Notes: generated by a model from the letters alone, not told the origin. Positions 33,408 through 41,606 are shown, numbered from the stretch's first letter. The stretch is DNA of 53,549 nucleotides from Candidatus Woesearchaeota archaeon (GCA_964403535.1 CAYOFN010000002.1:1-53549), one strand, 5' to 3'. Translations and numbers: made by a program.

Positions 33408-33937
33408 AAGAATCATTAATAATTAATATTTGTAGAGAGAAACTGCATTATCTTGAATTTGTAAAGCCCATTGAAGATATTCTAAAAAGCAAAAATATTA
33501 AATTCAAGACATTAAATTATAAAGAAATAAAAGAAACTCCAGATTATGAAAAAATAATTATTTGTGGGACTTCACTAAAAGATAAAGAATACCTTAATGC
33601 AAATTTTTCATGGATTAGAGATACAAATAAGTCTGTACTTGGAATCTGCGCAGGTATGCAGATAATTGGAATTGAATTTAAAGGAAAATTAAAAACTAAA
33701 AAAGAAATAGGGTTTTTCAAAGAAACTTTCAAGGAGGAGTTTTTAGGCTTAAAAGGAGAAAATGAAGTTTATCACCTGCATAATAATTATGTAGAACTTT
33801 CAAATGATTTTAAAATATTCTCTAAAAATACCCTCACCCAGGCTGTTAAACATAAAACAAAAGAGATTTATGGTGTTTTATTTCACCCTGAAGTTAGAAA
33901 TAAGGAGCTTATCTTAAACTTTGTAAAAATCCCTTAA
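33404..33937 (+). CDS. Class I glutamine amidotransferase (GuaA-subunit-A-like)
   Basis: 177 aa. Nucleophile elbow LGICAGMQ and the His-Glu pair in LFHPEV. Its ATG overlaps the dph6 stop (ATGA). Confidence 0.8.
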   Translation: MKESLIINICREKLHYLEFVKPIEDILKSKNIKFKTLNYKEIKETPDYEKIIICGTSLKDKEYLNANFSWIRDTNKSVLGICAGMQIIGIEFKGKLKTKKEIGFFKETFKEEFLGLKGENEVYHLHNNYVELSNDFKIFSKNTLTQAVKHKTKEIYGVLFHPEVRNKELILNFVKIP

Positions 33938-33953
33938 TCTCTCTTAAAACTTC

Positions 33954-34193
33954 TTACTTTTTTCTATCTTTCTTTAGTATCTTCTCAGCTCGTTTAATCA
34001 TCTCTTTTTTCAAACCTAGAAACACCCCACCTTCCTTGCCCCCAACATAACTATTCTCTCCTGGATTAATTATCTCATTTAATTCTTCTAATTCTACATC
34101 AATATGAGTAACACTTGCACCACTTTTTCCTTTTTCATGCAAGTAAACTTTTGCATTTCCCAGTAATTTTTTTCCTTCACCTGAACCACTCAT
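33954..34193 (-). CDS. Hypothetical small protein
   Basis: 79-aa ORF rich in Gly and Lys. No motif recognised. Confidence 0.4.
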   Translation of the reverse strand: MSGSGEGKKLLGNAKVYLHEKGKSGASVTHIDVELEELNEIINPGENSYVGGKEGGVFLGLKKEMIKRAEKILKKDRKK

Positions 34194-34220
34194 TTTTCTT
34201 TATTTTAACTGTTTAAAACA

Positions 34221-34296
34221 TAGCGGGGGCGGGATTTGAACCACGCGACCTCCGGGTTATGGGCCCGGTGAGCACTCCAGGCTGCTCCACCCCGCT
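34221..34296 (-). tRNA. Initiator tRNA-Met (CAU)
   Basis: AGCGGGG...CCCCGCT acceptor stem with A1:U72. GGG/CCC in the anticodon stem. Loop CCCATAA. T loop GGTTCAAATCC. These are classic archaeal initiator features. Confidence 0.9.
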
Positions 34297-34348
34297 ATAG
34301 TCCTTTTATATTGAAAATACTTATAAATCTTGCTATTTATAATAATCA

Positions 34349-35050
34349 ATGGAAAACAAAGAGATTAAAGAAAAAGAGCTGATTCTAGGAATAGATGATG
34401 CAGGCAGAGGCCCCTTAATCGGTCCAATGGCATTAGCTGGCTGTTTGATAACTCCAGAAACAGAAGAAGAATTTAGAAAACTCGGAGTTAAAGACTCAAA
34501 AATGCTCTCACCAGCAAGAAGAGAATTTCTTGCAAAAATCATAAGAAAAAAGTCTTTAGGTTTTTATGTAACTCTCACTCATCCATCTGAAATAGACTCA
34601 AAAATAAATAGGGGTACAAATCTTAACACAATAGAAGCAATAAACTCAGCAGAAATAATCCTTCATCTGACAAAACAAAGAAAAGAAAAGATAAAGATTA
34701 TAATTGACTGCCCTTCACCAAATCGCGAGAATTGGAAGCAAACTGTTCTAAAAAATCTTTCTCTTTCTGAGAATATAACTCTTGCCTGCGAGCATAAAGC
34801 AGATAGAGATTATATTGCAGTTTCAGCAGCATCTATACTTGCAAAATCTGAAAGAGAGTCTGAGGTTTTAAAACTCAAAAAGAAAATTGGAAAAGATTTT
34901 GGCTCTGGTTACACTTCTGATTCTGTAACAATTAATTTTTTAAAAAAATACAGCGAGGAGCATAAAAATGACGGTATTTTTAGAGAAACCTGGGCAACAT
35001 TTAAAAATCATACAAAACAAAAGCAGCAAAAAAGTTTAGGAGAATTTTAA
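34349..35050 (+). CDS. rnhB: Ribonuclease HII
   Basis: 233 aa with the GIDDAGRGPLIGPMALAG active-site motif. TATA-like CTTATAAATC about 25 nt upstream. Confidence 0.9.
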   Translation: MENKEIKEKELILGIDDAGRGPLIGPMALAGCLITPETEEEFRKLGVKDSKMLSPARREFLAKIIRKKSLGFYVTLTHPSEIDSKINRGTNLNTIEAINSAEIILHLTKQRKEKIKIIIDCPSPNRENWKQTVLKNLSLSENITLACEHKADRDYIAVSAASILAKSERESEVLKLKKKIGKDFGSGYTSDSVTINFLKKYSEEHKNDGIFRETWATFKNHTKQKQQKSLGEF

Positions 35051-35053
35051 TCC

Positions 35054-35575
35054 CTACAATCCCTGTCCTCTTCCCCTCTTAGTAATCTTCTTCATCAAAA
35101 AATCTCTTATCTCTTCAGCTTTTTCTTGTGAAACTGCAGGAAGATATCCTTCAGCCATTGGTCCTGCTCCTGAAAATCCAGCTGTCTGTATCATTACACT
35201 TGAAAATCCAAGCATTCTTGCTAAAATCCCTCTATGAATATCAACATTCTGAACTCTTTCATATGGAACATTAGAGTATCTTTTAAAAATTATCCCTCTC
35301 TCTAATCTTAGATTAGTTGGAGTGAATTCATACAACCATCTCGTATAAGCCATTCTAGCATAAACCTCAGCAAGAATAATTACTGCAGCAACAAAAATAA
35401 CAAATAGTCCAACTCCTATTAGTACAACTGTTCCAATTGATTTAGGAAATATGAATGCAAATAAGGAAACAAATAAAGGTCCGATAAAAAATGATAAGAA
35501 AATTAATAATACAATTGAACCAACATACCCGCTTATTCTAAAGCTCCATTTTGCTCCAGGGTGCAATTTTTCCAT
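35054..35575 (-). CDS. Membrane protein with bacterial-type PH domain (bPH_2 / YdbS-like)
   Basis: 173 aa. Two TM helices, then YEFTPTNLRLERGIIFKRYSNVPYERVQNVDIHRGILARMLGFSSVMIQTAG. Confidence 0.7.
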   Translation of the reverse strand: MEKLHPGAKWSFRISGYVGSIVLLIFLSFFIGPLFVSLFAFIFPKSIGTVVLIGVGLFVIFVAAVIILAEVYARMAYTRWLYEFTPTNLRLERGIIFKRYSNVPYERVQNVDIHRGILARMLGFSSVMIQTAGFSGAGPMAEGYLPAVSQEKAEEIRDFLMKKITKRGRGQGL

Positions 35576-35691
35576 ATTTATAGATAGTTAATATCTTTAA
35601 AAACATTATCCTTTTAATCATTAGGGTGCTTTCTGTTTATATTCCTTCTACTTTGATAAAAGTTTAAAAACATCTCTTCTTTTCATCAGAT

Positions 35692-38553
35692 ATGCCTTTT
35701 ATAAAAGAGTTGGTAATGAAAGGGTTCAAGAGCTTTGCAAGAGAGACAAGAATCCCCTTAAAAAGAACAATGAATGTTATCATTGGCCCAAATGGTTCAG
35801 GAAAATCTAATATAACTGATGGAATCTGTTTTGTTCTAGGAAGATTAGGTACAAAGAGTCTAAGAGCATCTAAATTATCTAATCTAATTTTCGCAGGAAC
35901 AAAAAAATATAAACCCTCTCCAGAAGCTTCTGTTGAATTGGTCTTTGATAATTCAGACAAAGGATTTTCTTTACAGGAAAAAGATGTAGGAATAAAGAGA
36001 ATAATCAGAAAAAATGGGCAGAGTGTCTATAAGATAAATGATGAAGTTAAAACAAGACAAGAAGTAATTGAACTTCTTGCACAGGCAGGAATAGACCCAA
36101 AAGGATTTAACATTGTTCTTCAGGGAGAAATAGAAAGATTTGTAAAAATGCCTCCAGAATCAAGAAGGCAGATTATAGAAGAGGTTGCAGGAATATCAGT
36201 TTATGAATTAAGAAAAGAAAAATCCCTAAAAGAACTTGAGAAGACTGATTCAAAACTAAAAGAGGTTAATGCAGTCCTGAGAGAGAGAAGGGCTTATTTG
36301 AATAATCTTGAACAAGAGAGAAAACAAGCTCTTAGATTCAATCAACTGCAGGATACACTAAAAAAATGCAGAGCATCTATACTGAATAAACATCTTTCTG
36401 AAAAAAAATCCCAGATAAATTCAGTTAATGAGGAAATCTCAAAAAAACAAGGGGAACTAGATAAAATCAGAATTAACATAGGAAAAACAGAGTCTGAAAT
36501 ATCTTCATTAAATGAAAAGATTAATGATATTACAAACAGAATTCAGAGAGAATCAGGAATTGAGCAGGAGAGAGTAAACTCTGAATTATCAGATTTAAGA
36601 GCAGAGATGGCAGGATTAACAACAAGAAAAGATAACTATGAATCACAGATATCTGAACTTGAGGAAAGAAATAAAGAGCTAAAAGAAACAACCTCTAATC
36701 TCGAGGAAGAGATAGAAAATCTTAAAAAAACAAAAGGAAAAAACAAAAAACAGGAGCTTGATTTAAAAAAATCCCAATTAGAAGAATTAGATGAACAAAA
36801 AAGAAAATTTTACATTATAAAATCTCAGATTTCTTCTTTAATTCAGATACTTGAAGACAAAAAATCCCAGCTTCAGAAAATAAAAAACACCCTTGAGTTC
36901 ACTCTAAAACAAATAGAGCAGGTAGAACAAGAGCTTAAAACAAAAGAAAGTCTTGAAAAACAAGAGGAAATTCTGCGAAAGATTAGTCACTCTCTCATAG
37001 AAAACAAAGAGAATCTTAAAATCCTTGAGCAGGAGAAAATTGAGAGAGATAAAACCATAGCAGTACTAGAAAAACAAATAGAAAAAGCAGAAAAAATAAA
37101 AAAACAAGTCAAAGAAGTAGACATCTGTCCTCTCTGCCAGACAAAAATAACAAAAGAGCATATAGAAGAGGTAATTAAACAGCAGGAAGAAGAAATTCAA
37201 AAAGCAAACTCAGAAATTTCCACTTCCAAAGAAAGAATTCACGAACTAAAAGCAAACTCAGAAAAATCAGAAAAAGAAATTAAAACAGCAGATTCAGAAG
37301 TAAGTATAAGAGAACAGGACATGCAAAAGCTTCATAATATTGATGAGAAAAAACAACATCTTCAAACACTCAACTCTGAAAAAGAAAGTCTTGAAAAAGA
37401 ATTTAATGATTTGCACCAGAAAAAGAAAACTCTTGAAAATAAAATGATTTCTCTAAAAATAAGTGAAGAAAAATATGACTCTTTGAGATTAGACCTGCAA
37501 GAATTGGAGAGGCAGGAAGAGTCTAGTTTAGGGATGGATGTAACAATGAAACAGAGAGAAGTAGAAAGAATAAAATTAAATCTAAAGCAAAATCAAAGAA
37601 CTCTTGATGATTTAAGAGAAGAGCTTGAATCAGTCTCATCTTCACTTGAAGAAAAAACCTCTCTTATAGAAGAAAAAGAACACATAGAGCTTCAGCTTAA
37701 ATCCAAGTTCAGGAAGATTCTTGAAGATAAAGCTAGATTACAAGACAAAATAAGGCTGTTTGAATCTCACATTCTAAAAAAACAAAACGAAAAAACCCTG
37801 ATTGAACAGGAGATAAATGAAAAGAAAATCACAAGAGCCCAGGTTTCAGCACAAAAAGACTCTTTAGAACAGGAATTTTCAGAATTTTCAGGATTAGAAT
37901 TAATCAGTATGTCCATCACACTACTGCAGGAGAAACTGGAAAAAACTCAGCAAACAATAAACTCTATAGGAACAGTTAATCAAAAAGCTCTTGAAGTTTA
38001 TGATGAAGTAAAACAAGAGTATGATTCAGTAGAGCAAAAAGTACAACAGCTCGGGAAAGAGAAAGAAGAAATTCTAAAGATAATTGAAGATATAGACAAG
38101 AAAAAGAAAAAAGCTTTCTTTTTCACTCTTAAAAACATTAATGATTTATTTGAAAGAAACTTTTCTCAATTAAGTATAAAAGGGCAAGCTCAACTCTCTG
38201 CAGAAAACTCAGAAGATGTTTTTGCAGCAGGTTTAGATATTCTTATTAAAGTAGCAAAAGGAAAGTATTTTGATGTTTCTTCTCTTTCTGGAGGAGAACA
38301 AACCCTTGTTGCCCTGAGTTTAATTTTTGCTATTCAGGAGTTTAAACCTTACTCCTTTTACATTTTTGATGAGATTGATGCAGCCCTAGATAAGCATAAT
38401 AGTGAAAGACTCGCAGCTCTCCTTAAAAGATATTTTAAATCAGGACAATATCTAGTCATCACGCATAATGACGCTCTAATCTCAGAATCAACTGCATTAT
38501 TTGGAGTAAGTATGCAAGAAGGAGTAAGTAAAGTTTTAAGTCTAGAAGTTTAA
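35692..38553 (+). CDS. SMC-family ATPase lacking a hinge; CPLC (zinc-hook-like) motif at the coiled-coil midpoint
   Basis: 953 aa. Walker A GPNGSGKSN. SMC-type QGEIERFVKMPPESRRQIIEEVAGI. Signature LSGGEQTLVAL. Walker B FYIFDEIDAALD. ITHN. The long central region is rich in E/K/Q/L. CPLC sits at residues 479-482 (nt ~37126-37137). Confidence 0.85.
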   Translation: MPFIKELVMKGFKSFARETRIPLKRTMNVIIGPNGSGKSNITDGICFVLGRLGTKSLRASKLSNLIFAGTKKYKPSPEASVELVFDNSDKGFSLQEKDVGIKRIIRKNGQSVYKINDEVKTRQEVIELLAQAGIDPKGFNIVLQGEIERFVKMPPESRRQIIEEVAGISVYELRKEKSLKELEKTDSKLKEVNAVLRERRAYLNNLEQERKQALRFNQLQDTLKKCRASILNKHLSEKKSQINSVNEEISKKQGELDKIRINIGKTESEISSLNEKINDITNRIQRESGIEQERVNSELSDLRAEMAGLTTRKDNYESQISELEERNKELKETTSNLEEEIENLKKTKGKNKKQELDLKKSQLEELDEQKRKFYIIKSQISSLIQILEDKKSQLQKIKNTLEFTLKQIEQVEQELKTKESLEKQEEILRKISHSLIENKENLKILEQEKIERDKTIAVLEKQIEKAEKIKKQVKEVDICPLCQTKITKEHIEEVIKQQEEEIQKANSEISTSKERIHELKANSEKSEKEIKTADSEVSIREQDMQKLHNIDEKKQHLQTLNSEKESLEKEFNDLHQKKKTLENKMISLKISEEKYDSLRLDLQELERQEESSLGMDVTMKQREVERIKLNLKQNQRTLDDLREELESVSSSLEEKTSLIEEKEHIELQLKSKFRKILEDKARLQDKIRLFESHILKKQNEKTLIEQEINEKKITRAQVSAQKDSLEQEFSEFSGLELISMSITLLQEKLEKTQQTINSIGTVNQKALEVYDEVKQEYDSVEQKVQQLGKEKEEILKIIEDIDKKKKKAFFFTLKNINDLFERNFSQLSIKGQAQLSAENSEDVFAAGLDILIKVAKGKYFDVSSLSGGEQTLVALSLIFAIQEFKPYSFYIFDEIDAALDKHNSERLAALLKRYFKSGQYLVITHNDALISESTALFGVSMQEGVSKVLSLEV

Positions 38554-38557
38554 TCTC

Positions 38558-38782
38558 TTAATGTGCTCTATCGACTCCCTCTACAAAAATTCCTGCAGCA
38601 ATTTTTACTGCTTTTTCAAGAACAGAAATCTGATGCCTTATTGTTTCATTTGTTTCTTCTGGAGGAATACCTTTTGTCAAATCTAAAACAACTGCCACTC
38701 CAAAATAGCCATATTCTAAAGCTAATTGTCCAGGAGTTTTCTCTCCAAACATTCCATAAAAAGATTGTCCTTCTGCTACCAT
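38558..38782 (-). CDS. Hypothetical protein (downstream member of a coupled pair)
   Basis: ATG at 38782 (MVAEGQSFYGMFGEKTPGQLALEYGYFG...) lies 1 nt after the upstream stop. The track start at 38791 is TTG. Confidence 0.45.
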   Translation of the reverse strand: MVAEGQSFYGMFGEKTPGQLALEYGYFGVAVVLDLTKGIPPEETNETIRHQISVLEKAVKIAAGIFVEGVDRAH

Positions 38783-38783
38783 T

Positions 38784-39152
38784 TTATTCAATAACCCTCA
38801 TAATTCTTGTAGGTAAAACTTCTCTGCCAACTAACACTCTAACTTCTTGTGAATAAGCTCTTGCATCTGTTAGTCTTGCAAAATTAGGAGACGAACAATC
38901 TGGGCCAATATTTGATCCACTTAGTTCATTTCCAACAACAGCATAACTACATTTTGTTCCATAAGGCACAAGAAAACCCACTTCCTTTAAAAAATCAAAT
39001 AAGTTAGTCATAACCTCTTCAGTTACCCTCTTTCCTTCATATCCATTCATAGCTTTAAAAGAAGCAAGCCCTCTCCAGTTTATAGAGATTCCATCTTTAT
39101 CTCCTATAATAAATTCACTTGCTTGTTCTTCAAGAACTACTTGTTTTGACAT
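38784..39152 (-). CDS. Hypothetical protein (upstream member of a coupled pair)
   Basis: 122-aa ORF. TATA-like AAGTTTATAAACC and GGAGAG upstream. No motif recognised. Confidence 0.45.
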   Translation of the reverse strand: MSKQVVLEEQASEFIIGDKDGISINWRGLASFKAMNGYEGKRVTEEVMTNLFDFLKEVGFLVPYGTKCSYAVVGNELSGSNIGPDCSSPNFARLTDARAYSQEVRVLVGREVLPTRIMRVIE

Positions 39153-39192
39153 AATTACTCTCCAAAATTTAGGTTTATAAACTTATTCTCTT

Positions 39193-39228
39193 AAAAAATC
39201 AAATAAAAAAAATAAAAAAAATAAAAAA
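39193..39228 (-). terminator. Long oligo-T (minus strand) terminator tract after the surface-protein gene
   Basis: Minus strand reads TTTTTTATTTTTTTTATTTTTTTTATTTGATTTTTT directly after the stop at 39229-39231. Confidence 0.6.
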
Positions 39229-40467
39229 CTAATAATAACTTGCTTCTCCAAAGTCCTCTGTTCTTGTAGGTTTCTTTGTCAATAACACTATTAGTACAAC
39301 AAGCAACACAATAAAGATTATTGCTAAAACAACTGTCAGTATCAAAACAGAACTCACAACTGCGCTTGTTCCTTTTTCAACATTTGCACTGAATCTTACA
39401 GTCTTTAGAACTTCATCTCCAGACTTAACATTTATAGTTATAGTCTGTGTTCCTTCTTCAGCACTTTCTGTTGCTTTAACCTTTACATTCACTGTTTTGC
39501 TAGAATCAGCAGAGATGCTTACTATAGGTTCATCTATTGTAACGATCAAACCTTTAACATCATCTACTACTTCTAATGTGTATATAGCCATTCTATCACT
39601 TGGGTTAACTACAACTAAATCAAAGTTAGTTGATTCTCCAATAGCAACATCTTTTGATGTAGCTGTTGACAAAATGTTTCCTATACCACTAGTTACTACT
39701 AGAGTCTTAGTTACTTCTGCTTCAAAATCAAAGCTTTCTACTCTGATTTCCATGTTGTACACTCCAGTTGGGACACCTGTAGGGATAGTGAGGTATACTC
39801 TTCTCTCTACTGCATCTTGTTTAGCGCCTGCCCTGTCATCTTCATCTTCTGGAGTTATATCTCCAAAATAAATCCTTCTTGAAACTCCAAGTTCAGGTAT
39901 TCTCGCAGTAACAAAAACATCATCAATCCTCTGATTTCCAATGTTCTTTAATACCACATCAAGTGCAATAGTGTCTCCTGCAGTAGCTTGTCCTGGTGCT
40001 TCAACAGACAAAACATCTAAACTGTATTGCTCTCTTTTAAGTCTGATGGTGTATTCTTCTTCTACTTCATCATTCTTGTCAGAGATTCTTACATTCAGAG
40101 TTAAAGTCTCGTTTTTGTCATCCATGTCTTGAATTGGAGGCAGAGTTAATGAGAACAACTTAGTATCAGTGTCTCCAGAGATTACATCAAATCTTCCTGT
40201 AGATGAACTAACTTCGTCCTTGTATCCATCTATCCATACCTTCATCTTCAAGTCATCATAGTCGTCATGTGCAGTATATTGAACAGTTATAGGTATATTC
40301 TCACCAGGGTGTGCTGAAAGAACAGTTGCACCTGAAGGTGAAACATCTACATTTTTCATCTCAACTCTGTCAATACTTATGCTTAAAGCTCCAGCAGATA
40401 CTGTAACTAAACTAGCAATCAATACTAAAGCAAGTGTTATTGAAAAATAAATTGCATTATTTTTCAT
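39229..40467 (-). CDS. Secreted, C-terminally membrane-anchored cell-surface protein (S-layer candidate, CARDB/Ig-like beta-sandwich repeats)
   Basis: 412 aa. Signal-like N-terminus MKNNAIYFSITLALVLIASLVTVSAGA. C-terminal TM VVSSVLILTVVLAIIFIVLLVVLIVLL plus a short charged tail. GGAG about 11 nt upstream of the ATG. Confidence 0.7.
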   Translation of the reverse strand: MKNNAIYFSITLALVLIASLVTVSAGALSISIDRVEMKNVDVSPSGATVLSAHPGENIPITVQYTAHDDYDDLKMKVWIDGYKDEVSSSTGRFDVISGDTDTKLFSLTLPPIQDMDDKNETLTLNVRISDKNDEVEEEYTIRLKREQYSLDVLSVEAPGQATAGDTIALDVVLKNIGNQRIDDVFVTARIPELGVSRRIYFGDITPEDEDDRAGAKQDAVERRVYLTIPTGVPTGVYNMEIRVESFDFEAEVTKTLVVTSGIGNILSTATSKDVAIGESTNFDLVVVNPSDRMAIYTLEVVDDVKGLIVTIDEPIVSISADSSKTVNVKVKATESAEEGTQTITINVKSGDEVLKTVRFSANVEKGTSAVVSSVLILTVVLAIIFIVLLVVLIVLLTKKPTRTEDFGEASYY

Positions 40468-40563
40468 TTTAAATCTCCAAATTTAATTATAAAAATGAGC
40501 TATTTTTCCTTTATAAACATTATTATGGTGTAGTAACTAAATAAAGATAACAATTTCAGAAAG

Positions 40564-40589
40564 CTTTATAAAGTATACCCTGGTATACC
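40564..40589 (+). promoter_or_regulatory. TATA box followed by tandem GTATACC operator-like repeats
   Basis: CTTTATAAAG (40564-40573), then GTATACC at 40573-40579 and 40583-40589 (10-bp register), 6 nt before ATG 40595. Confidence 0.5.
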
Positions 40590-40594
40590 TAGAG

Positions 40595-40858
40595 ATGAGA
40601 CAAAAGAACATAACTACTATCAAACTTGAAAAAGAAACTAAATCAAGACTTGATAAACTAAAAGAGCATGAAAAAGAGTCCTATAACGACTTAATAAAAA
40701 AAACACTCTACCTCTTGAATATCTTTAGAAAAAATTCTACTCTTGGAAACAAAATGTTGTCTAATATTGACAGGACAATAAAGAGAAGAAAAATGATTGA
40801 GAACTATGAAAATGTCAATCGTTTTGGTAAACCTTCAAACCTTCAACAGAATCTTTAA
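40595..40858 (+). CDS. Ribbon-helix-helix protein, paralogous to the RelE-partner antitoxin, with no adjacent toxin
   Basis: ITTIKLEKETKSRLDKLKEHEKESYNDLIKKTL resembles TTIQINVETLGRLKALKNFERQSYDEVLNRLI of 19817-20053. Its 3' end overlaps the convergent gene by 44 nt. Confidence 0.55.
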   Translation: MRQKNITTIKLEKETKSRLDKLKEHEKESYNDLIKKTLYLLNIFRKNSTLGNKMLSNIDRTIKRRKMIENYENVNRFGKPSNLQQNL

Positions 40859-41606
40859 TTGGTTGAGGACTTTCACTGATTATTGTAATCTCTTTATTTT
40901 TTGCGTATTTTTTTAATCCTCTTATCAACTTTTCCCACTCTTCTTTTTTTGTATCTCTATGCTTTTTCTCTCCACTCTCTCCATACTCAATACCAGAAAA
41001 ATGACAGTGCCACTCTTTTTCAGGAAAATTCCTTTTAATCATTTCAAAATTATAGTCTTTATATCTTGCAAGTATATGTGCAAAGTCAATGCAGAAACAA
41101 CATCCAGTCTCTTTAACTAATCTTGAGATTTCCTCAACAGAACCAAATACATTTATCTTTCCCATTGTCTCAGGTGCAAGCTTTACTTTCCATCCTTTTT
41201 CATTAATTTTATCCTGAATTTCCTGAACTCCTTTTTTAATGTTTTGGAAAGTTTCTTCTTTTTCCATTCCTCCATAATACCCACAGTGAAAAACAACCTT
41301 CTTCACCCCCAACTCACTTCCAATCTCACAGCACCTAAGAATTCTCTCCTGGCTTTCTTTTATCTTTTTGTCTTCTTTTGAGTTTAAATTAATCCAGTAA
41401 GGTGCATGTATAGAAAGATTAATTCCAAGACTTTTGGCCTTTTTCCCAATTCTTAAAGCATCTTGTTTATTTTTAATAAAAATCTGATAAGTAAATGGAA
41501 TTTCAGCAGCACCTATCCCCAGGTTATTATACCCCTCTAGAGTTTCTTCAACATCTTTTACACTTCCAATTCCTGAAGGCCCAAATCTTGTTTTCATCTT
41601 AAACAA
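40815..41606 (-). CDS. Xylose-isomerase-like TIM-barrel protein (endonuclease IV / AP endonuclease family 2-like)
   Basis: 263 aa with LSIHAPYWINLNS, KKVVFHCGYYG and CIDFAH. Confidence 0.7.
   Translation of the reverse strand: MFKMKTRFGPSGIGSVKDVEETLEGYNNLGIGAAEIPFTYQIFIKNKQDALRIGKKAKSLGINLSIHAPYWINLNSKEDKKIKESQERILRCCEIGSELGVKKVVFHCGYYGGMEKEETFQNIKKGVQEIQDKINEKGWKVKLAPETMGKINVFGSVEEISRLVKETGCCFCIDFAHILARYKDYNFEMIKRNFPEKEWHCHFSGIEYGESGEKKHRDTKKEEWEKLIRGLKKYAKNKEITIISESPQPIKDSVEGLKVYQND

Noticed and set aside
35664-35960. 98-aa minus-strand ORF overlapping the start of the SMC-like gene. The same applies to 34333-34542 (-), 31916-32251 (+), 39497-40132 (+), 26576-26902 (+), 27991-28963 (+), 42399-43237 (+), 43954-44172 (+) and 46333-47392 (+).
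   Set aside because: Each lies antisense inside a gene with clear family motifs. None has promoter or motif support.
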